Below the pieces are notes generated by a model that saw only the letters and a list, made by a program, of their open reading frames with translations, had not been told where the DNA came from and ran no database searches. A DNA stretch of 64,000 bases, from positions 64,001-128,000 of the forward strand of contig JBDRCO010000043.1 in assembly GCA_043821645.1 (NCBI GenBank), written 5' to 3'. Source of the DNA: Pseudomonadota bacterium (GTDB lineage Bacteria > Myxococcota > JACRCW01 > JAFGSX01). This document shows, one piece after another, positions 48,380 through 59,296 of this stretch. The number at the start of each line of letters is the position of its first letter. Within the stretch, counting starts at the first letter, position 1. The position numbers were made by a program, and so were the translations under genes.

Positions 48380-50320
48380 CTACAAGCTGCGGTCCACCGT
48401 GGTCACGCCCTCGGCCTGGATCTCGACGACGATCTGGCTGTCGATGCCCTTGTCGGGGTTGACCACGCGCAGCTTGATGGGACCGACCGGCAGCTCGACC
48501 TTGAACAGCGGTGTCTCACCCAGTTCGATGCTGCCGTGGTAGACGCGGGTCCAGGGACGCGTGCGCAAGGTGAGCAGTCCGGTCGCCTTGCGGGGTGGCG
48601 AGTCCCCGGACGTGTCGTCGGGAAGTGGGTGGTGAGGTTGCACGGGCCGGTGCCCTGGTCCGGGGCGCGGCCGGGCCTCGCGCGCGGTCAGCTGCAATTC
48701 CAGTTTCTGCGCGTCGCCAGGGCGCAGCAACACGCGCCGCTCCTCGGGCCGGTAGCCGTCGAGCTCCAGCCGCACGGTGCGCTCGACACCGGCCGGCAGG
48801 TCCGCGAGGGTGGCCGGGGTGACCTGGCCCGTGTCCATCCGGTCGAGCAGGATGTGCGCACCCGGGGGCGAGGTCTCGATCTGCAGGCTGGCGACCGTGG
48901 TTACGGGCAAGGTCTCCAGCGCCACGTGCTGCTGCAAGGTGGGGCGGTCCGACGTGACCAGGAGGTTGGCGTGATGGGGTTTGTAGCCTGACGCGGCCAC
49001 CGCCAGGATATAGGCGCGCTCGAACTCGAGCCCATCCACCGTCAGCGGGGTCGTGCCGCGCGACACACCATCCAGGCTCACCTGGGCTCCCACCGGCGCC
49101 GAGGTCAGCACGAGCTGACCGATCTGGGGTGCGGGTTTCCACTGCAAGGCCAGCAGACCGAGACCGGCGAGGAGCGCGGCCAGTGCCAGGGTACCTGCCA
49201 GGACCAGCCGCGACCGACCCCGCCGGTAGCGGGTCTGGGTCATGGTCGGCTGCGGGCTCGACGACGGCGTGCCCATGTCGCGGATGCCCGTCGAGGGAAG
49301 AGCGCGGATCACCTCGGACAGGGATCCCGCCTCGCGCAGGCGATTCTTGCGCTCGATATGGTCCGGGAAGTGCTCCTCGAGCAAGGCGCCCAGCTCCAGC
49401 GAGGTGGCAGGCACACCGAAGTCCGCGATGAAGCTCTCGAGTGCCTGGCGCATCTCCAGGCAGGACTGAAAACGCTCGGCAGCTGGCCGACGCAGCGCAC
49501 GACCCACGATCTCGGTCAGCACCTCGGGCGTGCCGGGCCTGGCCTCGGCCACCGGCGGCGCGTCCTCCTCGGTGATCACGCGCAGGGTCAACAGTTCGCT
49601 GTCGCGCTTGTACAGGCGCCGCAGGGTCAACAGCTCGTGCAGCAAGATACCGACCGCGAACACGTCGCTACGGCGATCCAGGGTCTCACCCAGGCATTGC
49701 TCCGGCGACATGTAGGCGGCCTTGCCCATGATGGTGCCGGTGCGGGTGTGCGCCACCTTGTTGGCTGCCTTGGCGATACCGAAGTCGACGATCTTGATCT
49801 GGCCCTCGTAGGTGACCAGCACGTTCTGCGGGCTCACATCGCGGTGCACGATGTTGAGCGGCTGTCCCTGCTCGTCGCGCTGCTCGTGGGCGTAGTGCAG
49901 CCCGGCGCAGACGTCGGCGGCGATGCGTGCGCACAGCTCGACCGGGAGGATCTGACCGGTCTTGCGCGAACGGGATAGCAGCTGCGCCAGGTCCTCGCCC
50001 TGGATGTACTCCATGGCGATGAAGTAGGCGCTGCCAACGCGTCCCAGGTCGTAGATCTGCACGATGTTGGGGTGGTTGAGTCGCGCGGCGATGCGCGCCT
50101 CGTCGAGGAACATCTCGACAAAATGCTCCTGCTCGCTCAGGTGCGGCAAGATCTTCTTGACCACGCAGAACTTCTTGAAGTCCGCTGCGCCGCTCATGGT
50201 GGCCAGGTACAGCTGAGCCATGCCGCCGGTGGCGATCTTGCGCAGCAGGTTGTAGCGGCCAAAGGGAACGCCCGGCTCGGATGCCGCTCCACTCTCGCCG
50301 TCGCGCTCGCTGTCGCTCAC
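48380..50320 (-). CDS. Ser/Thr protein kinase with TM helix and PEGA domains
   Basis: [24 protein letters not shown], then a TM helix and PEGA repeats. Start uncertain. Confidence 0.92.
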   Translation of the reverse strand: MSDSERDGESGAASEPGVPFGRYNLLRKIATGGMAQLYLATMSGAADFKKFCVVKKILPHLSEQEHFVEMFLDEARIAARLNHPNIVQIYDLGRVGSAYFIAMEYIQGEDLAQLLSRSRKTGQILPVELCARIAADVCAGLHYAHEQRDEQGQPLNIVHRDVSPQNVLVTYEGQIKIVDFGIAKAANKVAHTRTGTIMGKAAYMSPEQCLGETLDRRSDVFAVGILLHELLTLRRLYKRDSELLTLRVITEEDAPPVAEARPGTPEVLTEIVGRALRRPAAERFQSCLEMRQALESFIADFGVPATSLELGALLEEHFPDHIERKNRLREAGSLSEVIRALPSTGIRDMGTPSSSPQPTMTQTRYRRGRSRLVLAGTLALAALLAGLGLLALQWKPAPQIGQLVLTSAPVGAQVSLDGVSRGTTPLTVDGLEFERAYILAVAASGYKPHHANLLVTSDRPTLQQHVALETLPVTTVASLQIETSPPGAHILLDRMDTGQVTPATLADLPAGVERTVRLELDGYRPEERRVLLRPGDAQKLELQLTAREARPRPGPGHRPVQPHHPLPDDTSGDSPPRKATGLLTLRTRPWTRVYHGSIELGETPLFKVELPVGPIKLRVVNPDKGIDSQIVVEIQAEGVTTVDRSL

Positions 50321-50398
50321 GGACTGACCCCTGCCTGCGTCGTCGACGCACGTTCCCCCACTCTGGCAACCACAGACACCTGGGGTCAAGAAGGCTGC

Positions 50399-51358
50399 TC
50401 AGGGGAGCTGGAGGACGGCGCTGACGGCATGCGCGCCCAGACACATCGAAAAGGCGTCTGCGATGCGTGGGTCATCCAGACAGGTCGGGCTCTCGATGAT
50501 GGTGCCATCGCCATCGATGCATCGCACCACCTGGGCCTGGCCATCGAGGTCGTAGCGCTCGAGACCGTCGCCATCCATGTCCAGGTCGGGGTGCTCACCG
50601 ATCAGACGCATGTACTGGGCCAGGCTGATCTCGTCGGGCGTGTTGGGGTTGATGCAGAGGATGGGCATGTAGCGGCAGATGGGGATGCTCACCCGCTGCG
50701 TGTCGCGAATGCGCGCGGATCCCGCGATACGGATCTCCATCAGCTCGCGCAGGGTGTCGGGGATGAATACAGCAAAACGCGTGCGCTCCATGGGAAGGTC
50801 GTCTTCATCCAGCTTGAGCATGATCGTCTGGTCCATGACGGTGGCCAGGCGGCATTGTTGAACCGGCGCAGGTTCGGTGCGGTACAGCGCCTGATCGCCG
50901 TCGAGATCATTGGGATCGAGAACGGCGTGGCCGCATTCGGGCGCGCCGCAGAAGTTGTTGGCCGGATCCTGGTCCGCGTCCTCGCAGGTGAAGTACTTGA
51001 TGGTGACCGAGCGATCGTCACAGCCATAAGGATCGTCGACGCCCACCAGTTCCAGGGCGACACAGATGCGTCCGGTCTGCACCGACGAGCGAAAGGCGTC
51101 GTTGATGGCAGTGGCCATCGGAGCCAGGGCCCGATTGACCGCCGCGTCGGGCAGGCTGTCACCGTCCAGATCCAGGGACTGCTGCACGGGTGTGAGCGCC
51201 ATATCATCGACCAGGAAGCCCAGGCCCGTGGGCACCGGATCGTCGTAGCCGTCCCACTCCGCCGGCTCGGGCGGAGGCCTGGACGCCGGGGGGGCGCAGG
51301 CGGCGCCCAGGAGCACTGCCAGCACCAGACCCAGGCATCGCTGTCGATTCCGTCGCAT
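50399..51358 (-). CDS. Hypothetical Cys-rich lipoprotein
   Basis: Lipobox LGAAC and DLDGD motifs. Confidence 0.65.
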   Translation of the reverse strand: MRRNRQRCLGLVLAVLLGAACAPPASRPPPEPAEWDGYDDPVPTGLGFLVDDMALTPVQQSLDLDGDSLPDAAVNRALAPMATAINDAFRSSVQTGRICVALELVGVDDPYGCDDRSVTIKYFTCEDADQDPANNFCGAPECGHAVLDPNDLDGDQALYRTEPAPVQQCRLATVMDQTIMLKLDEDDLPMERTRFAVFIPDTLRELMEIRIAGSARIRDTQRVSIPICRYMPILCINPNTPDEISLAQYMRLIGEHPDLDMDGDGLERYDLDGQAQVVRCIDGDGTIIESPTCLDDPRIADAFSMCLGAHAVSAVLQLP

Positions 51359-51398
51359 CACAGCTACAATTATCGCACGAAGGCCCACCAGGTGCCGC

Positions 51399-52238
51399 AT
51401 GACCGAGATCACCATCCTGATCGCCCTGCTCACCGCGGCCGCGGTGCCCGTCGATGAGAACGCGGCGCCGGGCTCGGGCGCGCACTGGCTGCAGGTGGCC
51501 AGCGCAGCCTACGAGGAACTGCGCTTCGACGACGCCCGCGTGGCCCTGGACAGAGCCCTGCGCGACCCCAGCAGCCCCCACCCTCAGCTGGTCCAGATTT
51601 ACAGGTTGCAGGGGGTGGTCGAGGCCTCCATGGGTCAGCCCGTGGCCGCCAAGCGCGCCTTCGCGCAGATGCTGGTGCTGGACCCCCAGGCCAGCCCTCC
51701 CGACGAGGTCTCGCCCAAGATCAGCACCGCCTTCGAGGCAGCCCGTGCCAGCTTGCCCGGAGAGCGCGGCATCCTGATCGAGTGCGCGGCGTCCGCCGAG
51801 CTGCGCATGGGCCAGGCCGCCGAGCTCCCCATCCGAATCAGTGACACCCTGGGCATGGTCGAGCAGCTGGTGGTGCGCTACCAGGTGGCTGACGCCGAGC
51901 CTCGGGAGCGTGTGCTCGGACGCGCGGACCAGGGCATGCTCCACATCACAGCGCAGGAGCTGCCAGTGCGCGCAACGCCCTACGTGGTGCGCTTGCAGGC
52001 CGAGGCCCAGAACCTGTACGGCGTCCGCCTGGCCGAGCTCGACAGCACGTCGCCGGGCGCGCAGATCCGCGTGGTGCAGGAACTGAGCGCCGACGAGGAG
52101 CCCTTGACCCGGCAGTGGTGGTTCTGGACCAGCCTGGCCGGTGGCGCGGCCCTGGCGGCGGTGGTGGCCGGAGGACTGACCTGGGCCCTGGCACCCCGGG
52201 ACAGCAGCCCGCGCGATATCGAGGTGCGCGTCGAATGA
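51399..52238 (+). CDS. TPR-like secreted protein with C-terminal membrane anchor
   Basis: TPR-like N-terminus, SPKI motif, WWFW-TM tail common in myxobacterial proteins. Confidence 0.65.
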   Translation: MTEITILIALLTAAAVPVDENAAPGSGAHWLQVASAAYEELRFDDARVALDRALRDPSSPHPQLVQIYRLQGVVEASMGQPVAAKRAFAQMLVLDPQASPPDEVSPKISTAFEAARASLPGERGILIECAASAELRMGQAAELPIRISDTLGMVEQLVVRYQVADAEPRERVLGRADQGMLHITAQELPVRATPYVVRLQAEAQNLYGVRLAELDSTSPGAQIRVVQELSADEEPLTRQWWFWTSLAGGAALAAVVAGGLTWALAPRDSSPRDIEVRVE

Positions 52239-54136
52239 AACGGCTCGTCGCAAGCGCCCTGATCCTGTGTGGTCTGGCCTGCACGGCCCGCGATCGCATC
52301 GCGCTGCACTTCGTCGACGACACCACCCGCGCCGAGGCCACGCGGGCCGAGGTCTATGCCCTGGCCATGGAGACCCGCCGCGGCGATCCCGTGGACTGCG
52401 ATGCCCTCGCGGATGGCCGACGCAGCGTCGACGACGACGAGGTGGTGGTGGCCCAGCACACCAGCCTGACCATCCCGTTGCCCCCAGACGCGGATCCCCT
52501 GCTGGTGCAGCTCCCCCAGGAGCGCTACCTGTTCTTCGCCGAGGCCTTTGATCGTTTTGGCTTCCGCGTGGCCCATGGCTGCACCGTCGACGATGTGAGT
52601 TCGGCGCGGCGCCTCGAGCGAACCATCGCGCTGATCACGGACCCCCCCCTGACTGGCGAGCTCTCGGCGGTGGGTGACACCTCCTGGCTTCAGCATGCGG
52701 GCGCTCCGGGTCTGGAGACGGCGCGTCGCCTCGAGGTCCAGGCCCTGGGGTCAGCGGGCCTGCTGCGCGACGTCGAGGTGCGTACCCTCGTCGAGAGCGG
52801 GGAGGCGGTGGTGCTGGACTCTGTGCTGCGCACCGATGACCTGGGACGCGCGGGCAGCCTGGCGCTCATCGGCAGTGGCGAGGTCAGGCTGCTGGTGCAC
52901 GTGCGCGGTCTGAGCGGCTCGCCGCTGCGCTTCGTGCTGCAGGGTGTCCCCAGTCCGACCTTCCAGACCACGGCGAATCAGATCCTGGGTACGCCAGCGC
53001 AGCTCATCTCGGCGGACCTTCTGCTCGACAGCTTCGAGGCCAGCGATCTCATGGCCGTGATGCAGGATGCTGCCGGGGCCTTTGGCATGGTGTGGCGCGC
53101 CGATGACCAGGGCAGCAGCTTCGTGACCACCCGCCGCATCAGTCTCGGTCTGGCGACCAGCGGCGTGCGCGCGGCCATGCTGGACACCGATCAGCGCACC
53201 GACCTGATCTACGCGGTGCCGTCATCCGCCACCCAGCCCCGTCCCGCGCTGGCCATCGCGCACCACGACCTGGGCCAGGGAGACGATTTCGACCCACCCG
53301 TCGACGAGAGTTTGCCCGCGGACATCGAGCAGATCGAGAGCCTGCAGGTGGCCCGGATCGATGCCGACGCTCTGGACGACGTGGTCGTGGTCGGACACAC
53401 GGCCAGCAGCCGGGTGGTGCTGGTGCTGCTCACGCGCCCTGCGGCGCCCAACGCAGGGCAAGCCGTGCTCTCAGTAAGGCAGCGCTTCGATATCCCGGAG
53501 TTCGCCGCCGACACGGAGGTCCTGCTGGGGGACCTGGACAGCGACGGGGATCACGACCTGCTGCTGGCCTCACCCATCGCCGGTCTGTGGATCGTCCCCT
53601 GCGGTGACGACGTCGAGGGCCGCGGCTCGGGTCGCTACTTCGTGCCTGTCAACGCCGCGCCGGCCGACTGGCCGCACCTCTTCGCCACCATAGGCTTCAA
53701 CCTGACAGCCACCCAGGACGTCGACGAGGACGGCCTGAACGACCTGGTGTGGGTCATCGACAGCTCGGCGCTGGGCATCGGCGTGGGCCTGCGACTGGTG
53801 CGCGGAACCGGACACCTGCTCGACCTGACCCTGGAGCCGCATCGCCAGCTCCCCCTGGACAGCGCCAATCTCCTGGTCGTGGCGGACATCAACGCGGATG
53901 GCCACATGGATGTGCTGGTAAACACCTTGAGCCCGCCACGGCGCGCCCTGCTCATGGGAGGGGACGGCAGCGGGCGCTTCGCCGATCCCCTGCTGCTGCG
54001 CACGGACATGGGCTCGGTGGGCATGGCCGTGGCGGACCTCAACATCGACGGCGTGGCGGACGTGGGCTTCTTGGGCACCACCACCGGTGAAGACCACTTC
54101 CTGCAGGTCCACATGTCCACCGGTCTGTCGCAGTAG
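52235..54136 (+). CDS. FG-GAP/VCBS repeat lipoprotein
   Basis: Lipobox GLAC, repeated GDLDSDGDHDL/ADINADGHMDV/ADLNIDGVADV. ATGA coupling to the upstream gene. Confidence 0.8.
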   Translation: MKRLVASALILCGLACTARDRIALHFVDDTTRAEATRAEVYALAMETRRGDPVDCDALADGRRSVDDDEVVVAQHTSLTIPLPPDADPLLVQLPQERYLFFAEAFDRFGFRVAHGCTVDDVSSARRLERTIALITDPPLTGELSAVGDTSWLQHAGAPGLETARRLEVQALGSAGLLRDVEVRTLVESGEAVVLDSVLRTDDLGRAGSLALIGSGEVRLLVHVRGLSGSPLRFVLQGVPSPTFQTTANQILGTPAQLISADLLLDSFEASDLMAVMQDAAGAFGMVWRADDQGSSFVTTRRISLGLATSGVRAAMLDTDQRTDLIYAVPSSATQPRPALAIAHHDLGQGDDFDPPVDESLPADIEQIESLQVARIDADALDDVVVVGHTASSRVVLVLLTRPAAPNAGQAVLSVRQRFDIPEFAADTEVLLGDLDSDGDHDLLLASPIAGLWIVPCGDDVEGRGSGRYFVPVNAAPADWPHLFATIGFNLTATQDVDEDGLNDLVWVIDSSALGIGVGLRLVRGTGHLLDLTLEPHRQLPLDSANLLVVADINADGHMDVLVNTLSPPRRALLMGGDGSGRFADPLLLRTDMGSVGMAVADLNIDGVADVGFLGTTTGEDHFLQVHMSTGLSQ

Positions 54137-54151
54137 GCTGCGGAGTCCAGC

Positions 54152-55357
54152 TCAGGCCCGGCGACGACGTCGCGCGAAGATCGCGCCAGCCAGGGCCAGC
54201 AGGGGCCAGGCCACCTGGGCGCTGGCCGCGACGCAGCCGCAACCGCCCGGCTCATCCTGCGGCGGCGGAGCGCCGGGCTTGCGGCACAGCCCGTCCTGGC
54301 AGGTGGTGTCTGCGCTGCAAGGAACCACGATGCGCTGCCCCTCGCTGCACAGGATGCGGTAGTAGGGATCCTGGCAACCCGGCGTGCACTCCCCGACGTC
54401 GGCGCCGCCGGTCACGTCGAGAGCTGTCGTCGTGTCCGCGACGGCAGCATCCAGCGCCATCACATGGTCCTGCGCGGTCGCCGTGTCCGCGGGGCTGGCC
54501 TGGTCCTGAGCCACAGCCGCATCGGTGGGCATGGCGTGGTCCTGCCCGACCCCGGCGTCGTGGCCCGGGCTGCTGTCCACACCCACAGCCAGATCCGAGC
54601 CCAGGGAGGAATCGCTGGCCTGGACTGCATCCAGGCCAGAGGCCGCGTCGACGGGGGATGCACTGTCCTGGACCAGGGTCGAGTCCGCCGCCGTGGCCGC
54701 GTCGCTGCCCGAGCTGAGGTCCTGTCCGATAGCAGCGTCGGAAGCCTGGGCGCTGTCCGGCGCGGTGGCCGAGTCCGCCGCCGGGGCCGCGTCGACGGTG
54801 CTTCCCGCGTCCTGGCTGGGGTCCTGCACCGTGTAGCTGAAGACCTCGGCACAGCTGGAACTCATGCACGGGGTACAGCCGCCGCAGATCCCGCTGTTGC
54901 CAAAGATCTCGTCGCCGCCCTGGTCGTGCCAGGCGCTGACGATGTAGCGCACCTGGGTGTTGTGCACCTGCCCGGGCAGGGTGGCGCTGGCGATGTCGAT
55001 GGCATCGGCAAAGGGCGTGTAGGTGCACTGGAACGAGGCCGACACCACCTGGGTGGTGCCGCTGCCCACGCCGAGGGCAGCAGCAGGTGTGCTGCCGTCG
55101 GTGGTGTAGGCCACACGATACTGGTTGGTGTAGTTCTGGAACTCCACCTTGAACCGCAGGGTCACGGCATCGCTCGAGGTCGGAGCCAGGGTGTCGACGT
55201 AGGGTACAGCGCCACCGCAGGTGCTGGTGGCAGCCCCCCCGGTGACGTCGGCGCTGGAGCGCTCGTGGTACACGAAGTTGGCCGTGGCCGAGGCGCCGCG
55301 CGCCATCACCAGGACCCCGAGGAGGGAACTCACCATCAGAGCGTTGCGCATGTTCAT
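54152..55357 (-). CDS. MYXO-CTERM surface protein with 6-aa Asp/Ala/Ser repeat stalk
   Basis: Signal peptide, C-terminal GGCGC + hydrophobic helix + RRRRR. Confidence 0.85.
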   Translation of the reverse strand: MNMRNALMVSSLLGVLVMARGASATANFVYHERSSADVTGGAATSTCGGAVPYVDTLAPTSSDAVTLRFKVEFQNYTNQYRVAYTTDGSTPAAALGVGSGTTQVVSASFQCTYTPFADAIDIASATLPGQVHNTQVRYIVSAWHDQGGDEIFGNSGICGGCTPCMSSSCAEVFSYTVQDPSQDAGSTVDAAPAADSATAPDSAQASDAAIGQDLSSGSDAATAADSTLVQDSASPVDAASGLDAVQASDSSLGSDLAVGVDSSPGHDAGVGQDHAMPTDAAVAQDQASPADTATAQDHVMALDAAVADTTTALDVTGGADVGECTPGCQDPYYRILCSEGQRIVVPCSADTTCQDGLCRKPGAPPPQDEPGGCGCVAASAQVAWPLLALAGAIFARRRRRA

Positions 55358-55437
55358 CTCCACACCGATTTGATGCCCCCAGTCTACCTGAATTCGTGCC
55401 CCTGGGTGCGCGCTCAAAACAGCGCTACAGTATCGCC

Positions 55438-56202
55438 ATGACCGCTGAGGCCCCCAGACCCGCGAACCCGCCCGCGCCAGCGACCGCCACGTCGACGCCT
55501 CGAGACAGCGATCTGGTCTTCGATGATGTGCACCTGACCGACCCCGGGCTCGACACCATCCCGCATCCGTTCTGGCGCAGCTGGAAGGCCTCCTTTGAAG
55601 CGGCGGTCGCAGGTGTGCTGCGCACCGTCGCCACCCAACGCAACATGAAGGTACACACCACGGCAGCCATGATGGTCATGCTGGTTGGCATGGCACTGCC
55701 GCTCAACCTGGCCACGCGCTCGGCCCTGGTGTTCTTGATCGCGGCGGTGATGTTCGCCGAGATCCTCAACACGGCACTCGAGGCCGTGGTCGACCTGTTC
55801 ATCGGCACTTACCACCGTCTGGCCATGCTGACCAAGGACGCGGCTGCGGCCGGCGTGCTCATCCTGGCGGTGGGCGCGGTGGTCATCTTCTTCGACATCC
55901 TCATCGCCAACTGGCGCATGGTGGCCGACAACCTGGACCGCGTGATCCTGTACGCGGGTCTGGGTGTCCCCGTCGTCGTGTTGCAGCTCGTGGTGCTGTT
56001 CGGGCCGCGCAAGGGCGTCCTGCCCTGGTTGCTCACCGTCGTCGGCCTGGCCTTGCTGGTGCCCTTGATCGGACTCAGCCTGGACCCACTGTTCTCGGCG
56101 GGCTCCGTGCTGGTGCTGCTCAGCTCGCGCATCGCGCGGGCGCGCTTTTCTGGCCGCATGCCCCGAGGAGCACCGCGCGGACCTGCCTCGCACGACGGGT
56201 GA
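55438..56202 (+). CDS. Diacylglycerol/undecaprenol kinase (DgkA family) with extra TM helices
   Basis: QRNMKVH, EILNTALEAVVDL, KDAAAAGVL. Confidence 0.85.
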   Translation: MTAEAPRPANPPAPATATSTPRDSDLVFDDVHLTDPGLDTIPHPFWRSWKASFEAAVAGVLRTVATQRNMKVHTTAAMMVMLVGMALPLNLATRSALVFLIAAVMFAEILNTALEAVVDLFIGTYHRLAMLTKDAAAAGVLILAVGAVVIFFDILIANWRMVADNLDRVILYAGLGVPVVVLQLVVLFGPRKGVLPWLLTVVGLALLVPLIGLSLDPLFSAGSVLVLLSSRIARARFSGRMPRGAPRGPASHDG

Positions 56203-56231
56203 ACGCGAGACGTGAGACGAGAACGCGCAGC

Positions 56232-58454
56232 TCAGAGCTTGCCCAGCAGCTCGACGTGCTCGGCGATGATCTGCGCGCTCTGTTCGCGCCGCGAACTTGC
56301 CGCCTTGAGCAGGGCTTCACCAACCCGCGGCTCCTTGGACATCACCTGCAGGATCTGGCGGCGCTCGATGCGCAGCAGCTCGACGTCGCCGATGGAACGC
56401 ACGCTGGCCATGCGAGGCTGCTCCTGGATCACACCGATCTCACCGAAGAAGTCACCCTCGACCAGCTTGTTTAAAAAGATCGGGACCCCGTCGCGCTCGC
56501 TGAAGACCTCGACCTCGCCGTGCTTGATGAAGAAGAAGGAGTCCGAGGCAGAGCCCTCGTGCACCACGATCTCGTCGTCATCGTGGGTCACGAGCACCGC
56601 CTGGGCCAGCAACACTTTGCGCTGGTGTGGCTCCAGCACCGCGAACACCGGGGACTTGGCCATCAGCAATTCGGCCACACGCTCCTTGTAGAAATCGAGC
56701 AGCGCGCCTGCGATCTCCGGCGTCAGGTCCACCAGGGGATCGGCGGCCGCACGCTTCAGCTCGAACACCCAGGCGTCGGTGATGGCCTCGACCGTGGCGG
56801 TCCGCGGGCTACCGGTCAAGAAGCTGAACTCACCGAAGAAATCACCCTCGCTGAGCGAGGACAGGTAGATGCGCCCGTCGTCCCCCAGTTCGCTGTCGCT
56901 GTCGGGGGGGCTGCAGTACACCACCACGCGGCCTCGGCCGACCGCAAACAGAGCATCCCCCTCCTCTCCTTCGCGCACCGCCAGTTCCCCGATGCGCAGG
57001 TGGCGGATGCGTGCCGCGTCGACCAGGCGCACGAAATCGTCGGCCTCGACGTAGCCCAGCAAGGGCGCCGGGGCCGGCAGCACCGTGGCTTCCTCATCGT
57101 CAGCGCCGAGACCCTGGGGATCGGCCTGGCGCATCCACTCCCAGGCTTCCCCTCCGTCGCAGTGCTGGATCGCGTCGAGCAAGGTGCCGCGGGTGCCCAC
57201 GCGCAGTTCGACCAGGGTTCTCAGATCGTCCTCGCGCTGCTCGTCGTCACAAAGATGGCGGATCGGCTCCAGGGCCACCACCGCCTGCACCAGCAGACCC
57301 CGGTGGGCAAACAGATAGGCCGCGACGCGCAGAGTCGACAGGGCGCGCACGCGCTCGTCCACCGCGAGCAGCCGCTCACCGATGTCCACCAGCGTCCACA
57401 GGTTGGGCTCCCGGGCCAGCTGCTGGCGGAGTTCGACCAGGCGCGGGTCTCGCTCCACCCCGGTGTCCTGGACCAGGGCCTGCACCGTGGGCTCCCGACG
57501 ACGACGACCCAGGCGCTCGCGCTCCTCGGCCAGGTCCAGACCGCCCAGGTAGTCGGCGAAGCTCGACTGGTCGTATTCGTTTTGCTGCAGGTAGGCCTCG
57601 AGCGACTGGGCCATCTCGGCACCGCTCTGAAAGCGGTGCTGAACGTCACGCTTGAGTGCCTTCATGGTGACCTGGTCCAGCACCGAAGGGACACCGGCGT
57701 TGATCCAGGACGGTGGCTCGATGGTGGCCTCGAGCACCTTGGTGATGGTCTGCACCGGGGAATCCGCGCCGAACAGCCGCTGGCCGCTGAGCATCTCGTG
57801 CAGCACCACGCCGAGCGAGAAGAGATCGGAGCGATGATCGATCTCCTCGGCCATGGCCTGCTCGGGCGACATGTAGGCGAACTTGCCCATCACCGTGCCA
57901 GGCATGGTGTGGGTCAGCTTGTTCTTGGCCTGGGCGATGCCGAAATCGGTGATCTTGACGTCGCCGACGAAGCTGATGAGCACGTTGTGCGGAGAGATGT
58001 CCCGGTGCACCACTCCCAGGCGCCGGCCCAGGTGATCGCACAGGCAGTGTGCGTGGTGCAGGCCACTGGCCATGCCTCGCACCAGGTAGGCTGCGGCCAG
58101 AGGCGCCACACCGTTGCCGGCCTGCGACACCTTGCGCAGTACCGTCACCAGATCGAAGCCGTTCACGTACTCCAGGGCCATGAAGTAGGAGCCAGCGATC
58201 TGGCCAAAGTCGAGCAGCTTGACCACGTTGGGGTGGTCGAGGCCGATCATGATGCGCGCCTCGTCGATGAACATCGAGACGAAGTGCCGATTGGCGCAGT
58301 GCTGCGGCAGGATGCGCTTGATCACGCAGGTGCGGACCACGCCACCAAGGGACATGGAGCGGGCGAGAAAGATCTCCGCCATGCCGCCCACGGCCAGCCG
58401 TTCGAGCAGCTCGTATTTGCCAAACAGGCTGGGTTTTGCCTCGGCCTGCACCAT
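56232..58454 (-). CDS. Ser/Thr protein kinase with two cNMP-binding domains
   Basis: [30 protein letters not shown] and FFGEIG..RMASV. Confidence 0.9.
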   Translation of the reverse strand: MVQAEAKPSLFGKYELLERLAVGGMAEIFLARSMSLGGVVRTCVIKRILPQHCANRHFVSMFIDEARIMIGLDHPNVVKLLDFGQIAGSYFMALEYVNGFDLVTVLRKVSQAGNGVAPLAAAYLVRGMASGLHHAHCLCDHLGRRLGVVHRDISPHNVLISFVGDVKITDFGIAQAKNKLTHTMPGTVMGKFAYMSPEQAMAEEIDHRSDLFSLGVVLHEMLSGQRLFGADSPVQTITKVLEATIEPPSWINAGVPSVLDQVTMKALKRDVQHRFQSGAEMAQSLEAYLQQNEYDQSSFADYLGGLDLAEERERLGRRRREPTVQALVQDTGVERDPRLVELRQQLAREPNLWTLVDIGERLLAVDERVRALSTLRVAAYLFAHRGLLVQAVVALEPIRHLCDDEQREDDLRTLVELRVGTRGTLLDAIQHCDGGEAWEWMRQADPQGLGADDEEATVLPAPAPLLGYVEADDFVRLVDAARIRHLRIGELAVREGEEGDALFAVGRGRVVVYCSPPDSDSELGDDGRIYLSSLSEGDFFGEFSFLTGSPRTATVEAITDAWVFELKRAAADPLVDLTPEIAGALLDFYKERVAELLMAKSPVFAVLEPHQRKVLLAQAVLVTHDDDEIVVHEGSASDSFFFIKHGEVEVFSERDGVPIFLNKLVEGDFFGEIGVIQEQPRMASVRSIGDVELLRIERRQILQVMSKEPRVGEALLKAASSRREQSAQIIAEHVELLGKL

Positions 58455-58561
58455 GGCTCTGCAATTCCTCGTCGAGACGATCGCCTGCGTCAGCATACCC
58501 GTCGCGCCGGCGGCATCAAAGGGTCCGCGTGGGTCGAGCGCAGCCGGGGGCCCGGCGGTGC

Positions 58562-59248
58562 TCAGGGTGCCTTGTTGCAGCTGCCGGGGATGGGCATGAC
58601 CTGCACGTCGGGCGGCGCACTGTAGGTGAAGTGATCCCGGGCCAGCTTGTTGTCGAACAGCGCCTTCGAGAACACGAAGCGGTTCAGGTTGCCCTGGCTA
58701 TCGACCACGGTGCTGGCCTCGACGCGCGAGGTCTTCGGGTTCACATCCAGCAGCAACCGCTGGTACGCCGCCTGGGCCTTTTTGGGTACCAGCACCAGCC
58801 GCTGCAGGCCCTCGGGCGCCTTCTGGCCCGGCTGCACGTCGAACTGCGCGCTCAGATCACCCTGACCGAACAGGAAGGTCAGCGACGAGGTCATGGCATC
58901 GGCCTTGAAACAACGATCCACCAGTGCCTGGTGATCCGCAGGCTGGATCACCCACAACGCGCTGCCGTCGACCAGGAAGGTCTTGTTTGTCGGCGTCGCG
59001 TAGTCGAAGCGCATCAGGCCGGGCCGCTGGTAGCTGACATGCCCGGTGGAGCGCTCGGTGCGCTTGAAGATGCGGCTTTGGTAGGTCTGCTCGAACTCCG
59101 CCTCGAAGCTCTGAGTGTTGTCGTAACTGCGTTGCACGGCGCGCACCAGGGCAGCGGTGGCGTCCTCGGCAGGGGCCGCCGCGGGGACAGGGGCAGCAGC
59201 CACCGGTGTCCAGGCAAGAACGTGCAGGAATGGCAGGACGAAAAGCAT
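58562..59248 (-). CDS. lolA: Outer-membrane lipoprotein carrier LolA
   Basis: FEAEFEQ, RPGLMRFDY, VDGSALW, DSQGN motifs. Confidence 0.85.
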   Translation of the reverse strand: MLFVLPFLHVLAWTPVAAAPVPAAAPAEDATAALVRAVQRSYDNTQSFEAEFEQTYQSRIFKRTERSTGHVSYQRPGLMRFDYATPTNKTFLVDGSALWVIQPADHQALVDRCFKADAMTSSLTFLFGQGDLSAQFDVQPGQKAPEGLQRLVLVPKKAQAAYQRLLLDVNPKTSRVEASTVVDSQGNLNRFVFSKALFDNKLARDHFTYSAPPDVQVMPIPGSCNKAP

Positions 59249-59296
59249 GGCAGTCCTCGCTGGGCGACCTGGGTGTTGGACGCGCCGCGGTACAGG

